Below are positions 18,647 through 28,346 of a stretch of 64,000 bases of DNA, in pieces. Every line of letters starts with the position of its first letter. Positions within the stretch are counted from its first letter, which is position 1. This DNA comes from an uncultured Candidatus Rokubacteria bacterium (GTDB lineage Bacteria; Methylomirabilota; Methylomirabilia; Rokubacteriales; CSP1-6), in the NCBI GenBank assembly GCA_963754315.1, contig CAVWFS010000007.1, positions 672,001 to 736,000 on the forward strand. The letters run 5' to 3'. The position numbers and the translations under genes are program-made. The notes beneath the pieces were generated by a model, which had not been told where the DNA came from, made no database searches, and was given only the letters and a program-made list of their open reading frames with translations.

Positions 18647-20238
18647 TCAGCGCTTCTTCTCGACGTTCCAGAACACGGTGACCGGTGCTTCGATCATGCC
18701 CTCCACACCCTTCTGGACGGCCAGCCGCTCCGTACCACTGGCCGAGCGGCACGTGGGTCGGGTACTGGGTCAACCGGCCCTGAACGGCTCGGCGATGGCC
18801 TTCTGCTTGGCGGGATTGCTCTCGCGGGCGAACTGGTCGCGCAGAGCCTCCATCTCCTTGTCACATGGCCAGCCGAACATGCGCCTTGTCGCAGCTCGCG
18901 TTCAGGAAGCCGGCCATCACCGGGTTCAGGATATCGGCCGCCACCCACGAGGTCAGAAAGGCGTGCCAGCCCCCTTGCGCTGGTGGATCCTTCTTGGCGC
19001 GGCGGGCCACCAAGGTCTGCCAGTCCATGGACTGCATGTCGACCTTGAAGCCGCCCTTTTCCATGCAGCGACTTGGCCACCGGGGCCAGATTGGCCAGCA
19101 CGGCCAGGTCCGTCGAGTGCATCAGCACGATGGGAGTGCCGTCGTACCCGGCCTCCTTCAGGAGCGCCTTGGACTTCTCGAAGTTGGAGTCGAGCAGGCC
19201 CTCCATGCCCTTCGTGGACTCCAGCGGTGTCCCACACGGGAAGAGCGACCGACAGACCTTGTAATAGGCGGGATCCCCGATCACAGCCTTCAGGAAGTCT
19301 TCCTGGTTCAAGCTGTAGAGAACCGCCTGTCGAACCTTTGTGTTATCGAACGGCTTGCTGAGGGTGTTGAAGCGGAACGTGTACTGGTTGCCCAGCGGGT
19401 TCAGATTCGTCAGCCGGACGCCGGCATCTTTCTTCAGGACGGGGTAGAGGTCGTGGGGCGGAGACTCGATGTAGTCGATCTCACCGGCCAGCAGCGCATT
19501 GATGGCCGTCTGATGGTCGGCGATGGCACGCCACTCCACGCGATCAACCTTGGCCACCTTGCCCCCGGCCAGTCCGGAGGGGGCCTCCGAGCGGGGCTTG
19601 TACTGGGCGAACTTCGCGTAGACTGCCTTGTCCCCGGGCTTCCACTCGTCCCGCTTGAAGACAAACGGTCCCGATCCGGTGAAGTCGGAGATCTGCGTGT
19701 TGGGATCGGTGTCCGCCACGCGCTTGGGCATCATGAACGGCACGTTGGAGCTTGGCTTGCCGAGCGCGGAGAGGACGAGCCCGGTCTGTTCCTTGAGAAC
19801 GATCCGGAATGTCTTGGTGTTGGCGACCTGGATGTCCTTCACGAAGGACATCATCTTCTGTCCCATGGAGTCCTTGGCGGACCAGCGCTTGATGGAGGCC
19901 ACGCAGTCCTCGGCTGTCACCGGCGTGCCGTCATGCCAGAGGAGGCCGTCGCGCAGGGTGAAGGTGTAGGTGAGCTTGTCGGGGCTGATCTCGACTTTGT
20001 CGACCATCTGAGGCCGGATCTCGCCCTTGGCGTCCATGGCGAAGAGCGTGTCGTAGATCATGTAGCCGTGATTGCGGGTGATGTAGGCGGTCGTCCAGAT
20101 CGGATCGACGATCTTGAGGTCGGAGTGCATCACCACTCGCAGGGTGCTCTGCGCATCGGCCGGCCGGGCCGCGGTGCCCACGAGCAACCCCACCGACAGA
20201 GCCATGCCGATGCCGGCGAGTCTTCTCAGAACTGCCAT
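18647..20238 (-). pseudogene. ABC family-5 substrate-binding protein with frameshifted 3' part
   Basis: Intact N-terminus (DPIWTTAYITRNHGYMIYDTLF). Frame changes from about 19065; the natural C-terminus GMIEAPVTVFWNVEKKR* ends at 18647. Confidence 0.8.
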
Positions 20239-20303
20239 GGATTCCTCCTCGAGAGGGAGCAATTTACAGTGGGATGCGCCCCCGACCCTGGGGCGGTGCC
20301 GTG

Positions 20304-20332
20304 AGAGTAAACAAGGCGCAGTCCCCTGTCAA
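20304..20332 (-). promoter_or_regulatory. Sigma70 promoter for the SBP-dppB-dppC operon
   Basis: Minus strand TTGACA, 17 nt spacer, TACTCT, about 65 nt upstream of the start at 20238, which has a GAGGAGG RBS. Confidence 0.7.
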
Positions 20333-20351
20333 CGCACCGCGTGGCCCTGTG

Positions 20352-20936
20352 CTACTTGACGTCGGTGCGCGCGGCCAGCCGATCGCGCAGTCGTCGCACC
20401 AGCTCCTCGTAGGAGCTTGTTCGGATGATCTTGTCGAACTGGGCGCGGTAGTTGCCGATGAGGCTGATCCCTTCCACCACGATGTCGTAGGCATACCACT
20501 GCTCGCCGCGTCGGTGCAGCCTCGCCTCGACTGGCAGCTCGATCTGCTCCGGGATCAGGACCTTGGCGCGGACGATGGCGAAGGAGCCATCGACGACCTC
20601 GCCCACATACGTGAGCCGGGCATCCTTGTAGGCTCCGAGGCGCGTGAGATACGTCCGCTCGAGCAGCTGCGCGAACAGCTCGGTGAACTCCGCCCGTTCG
20701 GCCGGCGTGCGGTTCTGCCAGTGCCGGCCCAGCGCGCGCCGCGCCGCTTCCTCGGGATCGAAGAGCTGCCGCGCGATCGCGCGCAGGGTCGTGTCGCGCT
20801 GGGCAGAGCTCAGGCTCGGATCTCCGAGGACCTGGAGGGCCCGATCGGTGTAGCCCCGCACGTAGGACGTTACGGTGGCAGCCTCGGCCTCGCCCCCGAA
20901 CAGAACACATGCCGCAAGAGCCAGCGCGATCACCAT
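20352..20936 (-). CDS. MlaC/Ttg2D (HpnM-like) lipid-shuttling periplasmic protein
   Basis: FDPEEAARRALGRHW, ERAEFTELFAQLL, WYAYDIVVEGISLIGNYRAQF. Start is uncertain (ATG 20936 chosen). Confidence 0.82.
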   Translation of the reverse strand: MVIALALAACVLFGGEAEAATVTSYVRGYTDRALQVLGDPSLSSAQRDTTLRAIARQLFDPEEAARRALGRHWQNRTPAERAEFTELFAQLLERTYLTRLGAYKDARLTYVGEVVDGSFAIVRAKVLIPEQIELPVEARLHRRGEQWYAYDIVVEGISLIGNYRAQFDKIIRTSSYEELVRRLRDRLAARTDVK

Positions 20937-20985
20937 CACCCCAATGTTACCCTGAGGATCTTGCCGGGAGAGGAGGAGGTGCCAT

Positions 20986-21721
20986 CTGACGACGTCCATC
21001 GGAGAGCTGCGCATCGTCGAAGCCTGCGCGCAAGCCGGTTGCCCGGTCTGCTTGTGCCTGACGCAGCACAGTCGGGAACAGCTCACGGCCCTCCTGTACG
21101 AGCAGGTCACCGACCTCGAGACGCGGCGGCGCCTGCGTGCCTCCTGGGGCTTGTGCAACTGGCACACGTGGATGTTGCTCGATCTTCCGGGCTCGCGGGC
21201 CGGCACCGCGATCCTCGCCGAGGACCTCCTCAGGACATCTGATCGACCGGATCAGCCGCGCCGTGGCCACCACGCTGGTCGGAAGGCTTGCCACGTGGCT
21301 CGTGCAGGCGCGAGCCAGGACTGCCCAGCGCCTGACGGCCCTCTACCGACGACGGCCCCCCTGCCCGGTGTGCGAACGGGCCGGCGAAGCGGAACAGCGG
21401 TACATCGAGGCCCTGCTCGGTCGGCTCGACGATCCAGAGTTCCGCCTCGCCTACGCTCGGTCAGGCGGCTTGTGCGTACCCCACGCCATGCGCGCGGTCG
21501 AGCTCGTCGGCGGCCACCGAGAGATGAAACCACTCCTGGACCTCACGCTCGTCAGGTGGTCGAGCATGCGCCAGGATGTGGCCGGCTTCATCGCCAAGCA
21601 CGACCACCGGAATACCCACCCGTTTACGGAGGCAGAAAGGGAGTCGTGCCGGCGAGCTCTCGAGCTTCTGAGCGGCGCCCCGGGGCTCTTCGGTACCGAT
21701 CTCCCCCATCGGGGCCGCTGA
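20986..21721 (+). pseudogene. DUF6062-like two-repeat Cys/His (putative Zn-binding) protein; one frameshift, non-ATG start
   Basis: EACAQAGCPVC..LLYEQVTD..RRRLRASWGLCNWH, frameshift near 21232, then CPVCER..GGLCVPH..FIAKHDHR. AGGAGG RBS precedes a CTG at 20986. Confidence 0.65.
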
Positions 21722-21727
21722 AACCCA

Positions 21728-23740
21728 TCAGTCGGGCAGGCGTTCAGGGGGCATGTCGCGCACGATCCGCAAGCTCCGGCTCGTGGCTGCCAAGGTTCGG
21801 CGGGCCTGGGTGAGCGCGAGGAGCGGGAAGTAGTTCCGATAGAGCGTGTAACGGAGATAGAAGACGTTGGGAAAGCCGGTCCCCGTGGCGAGGTCCTCGC
21901 TCCACGTCCCGTCCCCGCGCTGGGTCTCCACGAGGTACCCGACACCGCGCCGTAGGCTCTGGCCGGCGCCATGGCCTGCAGCGATGAGTCCCAAGAGAGC
22001 CCAGGCAGTCTGCGACGGCGTGCTCGCGGCAGGGACGAACGTGCCCTCGTTATAGCTCGCACAGCTTTCTCCCCACCCGCCGTCGGGGTTCTGGACGGAG
22101 GTGAGCCACTCGCCCGCTCGCCACATGGCCTGCGCGGCTCCCCGATCCCGCGCCGCCCTCAGTCCCCGCAGAGCGAGGAAGGTGCCGTAGACGTAGTTAA
22201 CCCCCCACCGCCCGTACCAGCTGCCGTTTTGCTCCTGCGCCTGGAGCAGGTAGCCCACACCCCGCTCGATGCGAGTGTCGGACAGCTTGACACCCCGACG
22301 GCAGAGCGCCTCCAGGACTCGGCCGGTGATATCCGGGCATGTCGGATCCAGCATGGCGTTGTGATCGGCGAAGGGGACCTTGTTGAGCAGTGCCCAGTTG
22401 TTGTCGACGTCGAAGGCAGCCCAGCCCCCATCGCGCGACTGCATGTGACCGAGCCAATGGGTCGCCCGTCGCTCGCAGCGCTCCTGGCGAGCGCGGTCGG
22501 TGGCGGTAGCGTGCTGAAGGGCCAGCAAGACCATGGCTGTGTCGTCGATGTCCGGGTAGGGCTCGTTGGCGAACTCGAAGGCCCAGCCCGAGGGCTCCAG
22601 CTCTGGTCGCTTCACCGACCAGTCCCCGCGGCGTCGCACTTCCCTCGTGATGAGCCAGTCCGCCGCGCGCGACAGAGCCGCCGGGGGCGCCGCCCCCAGC
22701 TCTCCCAGCGCGAACATGGCGATGGCGGTATCCCACACGGGCGAGAAGCACGGCTGGAAATACAGCGAGGTCTGCGTCTCCGTGATCAGGGCCTCGAACT
22801 GGCGTATGGCTTCGATGAGGTCCGGGTGGTCTCGCGGATAGCCGAGGCACTCGAGGGCCATGATGAGATACATCATCGAGGGATAGATGGCGCCCAACCC
22901 ATCACTGTGGCGTGTCCGGTCCAGCATCCACTTCTCGGCCTCGCGGATGGCCGACTTGCGGATCGTCTCCGGTGCCCGGCGCTGCCACACTCGGAGGGCA
23001 AGGTCGAGCTGGAAGATCGAGGAAAGCCGATCGCGCTTGGGTAGGCGGAAGCTCTTGCCCGGCAACGCGAGCTCGTCCAGGTTGAAGCCGGTCGGCACCG
23101 GTCGCACGCCAGAACGGGCCTGCACGATCGACAGGGGCACCACGATCGCCCGAGTCCACGACGACATCTCGTAGATCAGCCCGCCTGGGAGCAGCACGAG
23201 CTCAACCGGGATGGCCGGCACATACCGGCGCGGGAAGAGACCGAACAGGCTCAGGTTGATCCGAGTGTAGCTATTGGTACCCTGGAGGCCCCCCAGCTCC
23301 AGGATGCGCTGGCGCGCCAATCGCATCGGCTCCCGAGCCGGATCGAGGCCGGACAGTTTGAGCGCGGCGTAGGCCTTGACGGACGCGTTGAGATCGGCGG
23401 GCCCCCCGGGATAAATATTGAAACCGCCGTCGGGGAGCTGCCGGTCCAGGATCGAGCGGCTTGCCTTCAGGATCCGTTCGAGCGTGGGCGGCCGCCAGGT
23501 TCCATCCTTCGGGGGATGGAGCCACAGCTGCAACAGGATGAAGTCGGACTCGAGCGTGGTGTCGGCGAGGAGCTCGCCGCACCAGAAGCCCTCAGGGTTC
23601 TGGACCGCAAGGAGCGCCTCCGCCGCGCGCAGCGCGCCCACGCTGGCGGCCTCCGCCAACGCGTGCTGGCTCCGCTTGGCCGCCTCTGATGGGCGGGCTC
23701 CACCCCGCCCTCTGAGCGGCTCGATCCATGACGATTCCAT
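21728..23740 (-). CDS. shc: Squalene-hopene cyclase
   Basis: YPDIDDTA (DxDD), QPCFSPVWDT, SGWAFEF, multiple QW repeats (QLPDGGF, QSRDGGW, QEQNGSWYGRWG, QNPDGGWGE), GTGFP. Confidence 0.95.
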   Translation of the reverse strand: MESSWIEPLRGRGGARPSEAAKRSQHALAEAASVGALRAAEALLAVQNPEGFWCGELLADTTLESDFILLQLWLHPPKDGTWRPPTLERILKASRSILDRQLPDGGFNIYPGGPADLNASVKAYAALKLSGLDPAREPMRLARQRILELGGLQGTNSYTRINLSLFGLFPRRYVPAIPVELVLLPGGLIYEMSSWTRAIVVPLSIVQARSGVRPVPTGFNLDELALPGKSFRLPKRDRLSSIFQLDLALRVWQRRAPETIRKSAIREAEKWMLDRTRHSDGLGAIYPSMMYLIMALECLGYPRDHPDLIEAIRQFEALITETQTSLYFQPCFSPVWDTAIAMFALGELGAAPPAALSRAADWLITREVRRRGDWSVKRPELEPSGWAFEFANEPYPDIDDTAMVLLALQHATATDRARQERCERRATHWLGHMQSRDGGWAAFDVDNNWALLNKVPFADHNAMLDPTCPDITGRVLEALCRRGVKLSDTRIERGVGYLLQAQEQNGSWYGRWGVNYVYGTFLALRGLRAARDRGAAQAMWRAGEWLTSVQNPDGGWGESCASYNEGTFVPAASTPSQTAWALLGLIAAGHGAGQSLRRGVGYLVETQRGDGTWSEDLATGTGFPNVFYLRYTLYRNYFPLLALTQARRTLAATSRSLRIVRDMPPERLPD

Positions 23741-23852
23741 TGGCGTCTGTTCAGCTTACATGAGGTCGCGCCTCATCCGTGAACGTCGCCTGCGCGCGGG
23801 CCTTGCTCGCATCGACGATGGGGACTATCGTAGCGCGCGAAGGGAAGACTCA

Positions 23853-24602
23853 TTGACGGCGACGCCTCGGCCCCCCCACCCGGTCCTCAAAGAGTATTAC
23901 GAGGGTGATGACGACCGACAGCCCTTCGTCACCGCCCTGTTCGACTCGACCGCTCGCCACTACAACCGTCTCAGCAGCGTGATGTCACTGGGATCCGGAC
24001 AGGCTTATCGCCAGGGCGTCTTGGTGCGCGCCGGCTTGAAGCCCGGCATGCGCCTCCTTGACGTCGCCACCGGCACCGGCCTGGTGGCAAGGTCGGCGTG
24101 CACGGTTCTGGGAAATGACGGCGCCGTCGTCGGCCTCGATCCGAGTCGCGGCATGCTGCAGGAAGCACGCAAGGTCGTCCGAGGGCCCTTGGTGCAGGGA
24201 ATCGTGGAACATCTTCCCTTCGCCGACGAGCGCTTCGATCTCGTCACCATGGGCTATGCCCTGCGCCACATGGCGGATCTCGGCGTCGCCTTTCGAGAGT
24301 GCCGGCGCGTCTTGAAACCGGGGGGCCGTTTCCTGATTCTCGAGATCTCACGACCGCGCTTGGCCGTGAGCCAATGGGTCGTCCGTGCCTATCTTCAGCA
24401 GATTTTGCCGCTCATGATGCGCTTGACCGGGGCGGACGCGCGCACCGGCCTCCTCAGCCGCTACTATTGGGACACCATCGCCGCCTGCGTCCCGCCCGCC
24501 ACCATCCTCGAGATGTTGCGGTCGAGCGGCTTCGTCGACGTGGAGCGTCGGCTGCGGGGTGGGCTGTTCAGCGAGTACGCGGCTGTGAGGCCACGGGGAT
24601 AA
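23853..24602 (+). CDS. Class I SAM-dependent methyltransferase (UbiE/MenG-like)
   Basis: LFDSTARHYNR..MSLG, LLDVATGTG, LPFADERFD, GYALRH, RVLKPGG. Start TTG 23853 (alternative ATG 23760). Confidence 0.85.
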   Translation: MTATPRPPHPVLKEYYEGDDDRQPFVTALFDSTARHYNRLSSVMSLGSGQAYRQGVLVRAGLKPGMRLLDVATGTGLVARSACTVLGNDGAVVGLDPSRGMLQEARKVVRGPLVQGIVEHLPFADERFDLVTMGYALRHMADLGVAFRECRRVLKPGGRFLILEISRPRLAVSQWVVRAYLQQILPLMMRLTGADARTGLLSRYYWDTIAACVPPATILEMLRSSGFVDVERRLRGGLFSEYAAVRPRG

Positions 24603-24633
24603 CGGCGCTCCGTCCTGACTTTTTGCTGATGCC

Positions 24634-24948
24634 TCAGGCCCGCGCGGAGTGGTCTCCCTCCTCGCTCGGGTCCGTGTCCTTCGACGTCTCGGTCAGCAGG
24701 ATCCAATCGTCGGGGGGATCAGCGGGCGGCCGCGTGCCCTCCGCGGTGATGAACACGTTGCTCCGACTAGCCGAGAACCACTCCCAGCTGCCAGGCTGAA
24801 CTCCTGCATCCTGCGCCGAGCCCATATCGGGTCCGGCCGCCCCCGAGGCCGAGCGATCCGCACGTCGCTCGCGCTTGGCCTGCTGCTTGGCCTTCAGCGC
24901 ATCGGCCCGACGGCGTCGTTCGAAGCCGTAGTTCTTGCGCTGGCTCAC
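24634..24948 (-). CDS. Small hypothetical protein (basic N-terminus, acidic C-terminus)
   Basis: MSQRKNYGFERRRR..; GTG start overlaps the upstream gene stop (GTGA coupling). Confidence 0.6.
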   Translation of the reverse strand: MSQRKNYGFERRRRADALKAKQQAKRERRADRSASGAAGPDMGSAQDAGVQPGSWEWFSASRSNVFITAEGTRPPADPPDDWILLTETSKDTDPSEEGDHSARA

Positions 24949-25163
24949 CGGCTACGCAGGTGAGAGGTTGATCGATGAAATCGGGGCGGCGGAACGGAGT
25001 GGTCAGTGACGTTCATCTCACTGAGGCGTCGACTACCGGCCGCGATGGCGGTGGCGACGGTGGGAAACGTGCCGGGCGATTCTTCCACCAACTCGCCAGC
25101 ATAGTTGACGATGCGCCAGCGCCAATCGGGGCGCGCCGGCGTCCAATGCGCCATCACCTGCAT
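24945..25163 (-). CDS. Small protein, possibly YegP/DUF1508-like
   Basis: WRWRIVNYAGELVEES..FPTVATAIAAG pattern; GAGGAGG RBS upstream. Confidence 0.55.
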   Translation of the reverse strand: MQVMAHWTPARPDWRWRIVNYAGELVEESPGTFPTVATAIAAGSRRLSEMNVTDHSVPPPRFHRSTSHLRSR

Positions 25164-25388
25164 GAGCGGCCTCCTCTGCCGGGTAAGGCCTCCACCGTGC
25201 GCTCACTGAAAGCTCGGAGGAAGCTCGGAACGTGGCCGAATGCCAAAGATGGGTCGATCGAGAACCGACGGTTCACTCGGTCCTCAAGTGTACACGAATC
25301 TGCGTCCATTCTGTCCGAATTGGCAGTGGCACCGCAGCGTCTGCCGCCCGTGCGCCAACGCGCCCGAAGGTGTCATAATGGAACGCCA

Positions 25389-25805
25389 ATGAGAATTGGT
25401 GGTCTTGCCCTCGTCGGCCCCTTTGTGTTGCTCGTTGCTTGCGCTGAGAAGTCGACGGCGCCCGAAATGGCGGCCCCCCCACCGGTGATCGTTCAGCCGA
25501 GCGCTCCCGTTCGGCCTGAACCGCCGTCGGCCATCACGCCTCCCCCGTCCGAGTCAGGGCCCTCAGCGGCCCCGTCGCCCGAGCCGACCTCGAGGGAGCG
25601 CCCCGCCACCTCGGTCGTATTCGTCGCCGTTCAGCGCGCCAACTTGCGCCAGAGCCCCGATGTCAAAGCGCGCATCCTGGCGGTACTGACCAAGGGAACG
25701 AAGCTGACGGTTCAGGAGAAGAGCGCGCAGTGGTACCGGGTACGCCTTGACGACGGAAAGGAAGGCTGGGTGGCCGAGTCGGTTACTTCGGCGAAGCCCG
25801 ATTGA
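25389..25805 (+). CDS. SH3b-domain lipoprotein with Pro-rich linker
   Basis: Lipobox LVAC; ANLRQSPD..ILAVLTKG..WYRVRLDDGKEGWV. Confidence 0.85.
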   Translation: MRIGGLALVGPFVLLVACAEKSTAPEMAAPPPVIVQPSAPVRPEPPSAITPPPSESGPSAAPSPEPTSRERPATSVVFVAVQRANLRQSPDVKARILAVLTKGTKLTVQEKSAQWYRVRLDDGKEGWVAESVTSAKPD

Positions 25806-27009
25806 GACAGGGCGATTCCCGGGTCGTGACCGGGCGATGGTATCGCGCGGTCCCATCAGTCAAGGTGTCCAGGAACGCTACGAGATCCTCCTCGTCGGCC
25901 AGCGTGAGCCTGAGTGGTCGCAGGATGCGGACGCCATCGGCGTGCAGACGGTCCTCATCGAGCTCGGAATAGTGCCGGACCACTGCCCGCAAGGTCGGGA
26001 GCGCCCCATTGTGCATGTAGGGCGCCGTCAGGGCCACGTTACGGAGGGAGGGCACCTTGAAGGCGCCCCACTGACGATGCTCGAGCGAGACGTGTCGAGT
26101 TCCGGTCGCCGTGCCCCGATCCGGGTCGTCGTTGTACATCCCCAGCAGATTGAGCCGGCTCGCCCTTATGCGCTTGATTCCCTCGTACCGTCCCGGATCG
26201 ACGCGGCCCGGGCCGACGAAGAACGGAATGCCAATGTCGTCGAACTCGCCGTTGCTGAAGTTTGCTCCGACGTGGCAGACGGCGCAGGCGCCCTTGCCGA
26301 TGAAGATTCTCAGACCGCGTTGGGCAGCGACGGGATAGCGCCTGACGGCCGTGTCGTCTCCCCGCGCGAGCGCGTCGCGAAACTCGTCGAAGGCGGTCCG
26401 TCCGCTCGATAGCGTCTCCTGAAAGGCCGCCAGCGCCTTACCCACGTCCACCAACACCCCTTCGTCACCTTCGAGCGACGGCGACCGTCCGAATGCTTGC
26501 TGAAATCGGCAGGCAAGTTCGCCGTCGCCGCGCACCAGCGCGGCGACCTGCGCCGCCGTGCCGCCCATTTCGGCGGGCTCCAGGATCGGGCGAATGCTCT
26601 GCGCCCAGAGGCTGTCGCTCGCTCCATCCCAGCCAAACCACCGCTGCAGCCGGACATTGGCCAGTCCGAGGGTGTTGCGGTCGCCGGTGCCGAGCCCGAC
26701 ACCACGTCGCTGTCCATCGGTCCAGCTCCGCTGGGGGACGTGACAGGTCGCACACGACACGGTTCCGGCCGGCGACAGCCGCGGGTCGAAGAACAATCGT
26801 TCTCCGAGCTCGATCCCCGCCGCCGTTCCGGACACCCGGTTGCTCGGGTCACGGGACCAGGGCGGAGGCCACGGACCATGCCGGAGAATGCGCCCGACCT
26901 CGCCCTCGGTGAACGACACTCGCGCGTGGGGCAGTTCGCCGGCGCCGACGATCAACGGCCAACTTGCGGCCACGGCGAGAATGACAGCCCGGAGCGCCGC
27001 GCGCGTCAC
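25783..27009 (-). CDS. Di-heme cytochrome c peroxidase/MauG superfamily protein
   Basis: LGERLFFDPRLS, CATCH, WDG, CAVCH, FKVPSLRNVALTAPYMHNG. GTG start at 27009 coupled to the upstream stop. Confidence 0.9.
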   Translation of the reverse strand: MTRAALRAVILAVAASWPLIVGAGELPHARVSFTEGEVGRILRHGPWPPPWSRDPSNRVSGTAAGIELGERLFFDPRLSPAGTVSCATCHVPQRSWTDGQRRGVGLGTGDRNTLGLANVRLQRWFGWDGASDSLWAQSIRPILEPAEMGGTAAQVAALVRGDGELACRFQQAFGRSPSLEGDEGVLVDVGKALAAFQETLSSGRTAFDEFRDALARGDDTAVRRYPVAAQRGLRIFIGKGACAVCHVGANFSNGEFDDIGIPFFVGPGRVDPGRYEGIKRIRASRLNLLGMYNDDPDRGTATGTRHVSLEHRQWGAFKVPSLRNVALTAPYMHNGALPTLRAVVRHYSELDEDRLHADGVRILRPLRLTLADEEDLVAFLDTLTDGTARYHRPVTTRESPCLNRASPK

Positions 27010-27440
27010 TCGAGCTCGAAACTCCGGGTCAATCGGTCCGTCTGTCCGGCCGCGCGGACGTCGAAGATGAACACCCACTGCCCTGGCATGTGGAAAAGCA
27101 GACCCTCGGCGCGGTAGCGCCCGTCGCCCTGGGGCATCACGGTTGCCGCGTAGTTCATCCCGTGCCGATGCTCCGGCATCTGTGCGTCCACGCGGACGCT
27201 GTCCGGCTGCGGGCTATCACCGCGGGGACACACCAACAGCTCGACCGTGAAGTGCTCGCCGACCACGATTCGTTCGGGTCGGGTAGAAAAGGCTACCTGG
27301 TAGCGCGCAGACTCGACCGTCTTCGGATCCTCGAGTCGCTCCGCGACCCTGCAGGCGGCGTCGCCGCTCGCGGCGAGCGCCGGCAGGGCCCCCGCCAGCA
27401 CTGTCGCCAGGGCTACCAGGGATAGGCTGTGCACGCTCAC
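27006..27440 (-). CDS. Exported YtkA/FixH-like Ig-fold protein with Met/His motif
   Basis: Signal peptide; VDAQMPEHRHGMNY; GLLFHMPGQW. Confidence 0.75.
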   Translation of the reverse strand: MSVHSLSLVALATVLAGALPALAASGDAACRVAERLEDPKTVESARYQVAFSTRPERIVVGEHFTVELLVCPRGDSPQPDSVRVDAQMPEHRHGMNYAATVMPQGDGRYRAEGLLFHMPGQWVFIFDVRAAGQTDRLTRSFELE

Positions 27441-28261
27441 GGTTGGTGGCGTGTGGCCCCCCCGCCGAACAGCGACTCGCCGTTGCGATATGCGATACGT
27501 TCGGCCACGGGCAATGGCAAGTCGGCTAACCAGCCACGCGACCAGTTCGCATGCTCACCGATGTAGTGCCAGCGCTCGGGTGAGAACGTGTCGGTCCCGA
27601 CCATGAACCGGTCCGGGAACTCGAGGAAGGCGACCCGCCAGTCCGGATCGACCTTACCTCCGGCGGCGTGGTCGTTCCGAAACGCAAGATCGCACCACAA
27701 GTTCTTGTAGCGCCGCAGCATCTCCCGGACGCGCTCCGGCCGCTCGAACCCTGAGTGCGCCCAGAGAACGCGGATGTCGGGGTCCTGCCGGAACAGGCGC
27801 TCGACGGCGTCGGCATCCGAGTGGGCATGCAGCAGGAGCTTGTGCCGACGTGCCAGCTCGACGACCTTGCGCACCACCGGCAGGTCGGCGTCGGCCCCGT
27901 AGACGTGGAACTCGCCGATGGCCACATAGCGGTACGTTGCCAGACGCTCCTCCAGATACGCGACGAGCGTCTCGTCGCGCACCCATGAGCCGATCTCGCC
28001 GCGACTACGGTAGGGCCGAAGCGAGGGAACGATGAGGTCGGGCGCCTCGGTGTGGAGCCGGCGAGTCCCGTCGTCACCGGAGCTCGACACGAGGGCTCGC
28101 TTCACACCGGCCTTGCGGAGTAGCGCGACCGCCTCCGTCGGCGGAAGGTTCTGCCACGCGTCGTGACTGTAGTGAACGTGCGCGTCGAAGATGGGCAACT
28201 CCGCACCATGAAGCGTGAGGGGTGCCAGAACGATCGCCAGGACCACCACGAGCCCGCGCAT
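27437..28261 (-). CDS. Exported amidohydrolase-2 family (TIM-barrel metallohydrolase)
   Basis: Signal peptide; DAHVH, IGEFH, HAH, WAHSG, VGTD; start ATG 28261 after GGAGG. Confidence 0.82.
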   Translation of the reverse strand: MRGLVVVLAIVLAPLTLHGAELPIFDAHVHYSHDAWQNLPPTEAVALLRKAGVKRALVSSSGDDGTRRLHTEAPDLIVPSLRPYRSRGEIGSWVRDETLVAYLEERLATYRYVAIGEFHVYGADADLPVVRKVVELARRHKLLLHAHSDADAVERLFRQDPDIRVLWAHSGFERPERVREMLRRYKNLWCDLAFRNDHAAGGKVDPDWRVAFLEFPDRFMVGTDTFSPERWHYIGEHANWSRGWLADLPLPVAERIAYRNGESLFGGGATRHQP

Positions 28262-28346
28262 GGTCACCTCCGTGAGATCTCCGAGCCTCCCCAAGCCGTC
28301 CGAGCGCCTGGACGACAGGAGGGTCTGTTCGAGTCCCTCCATGCTG

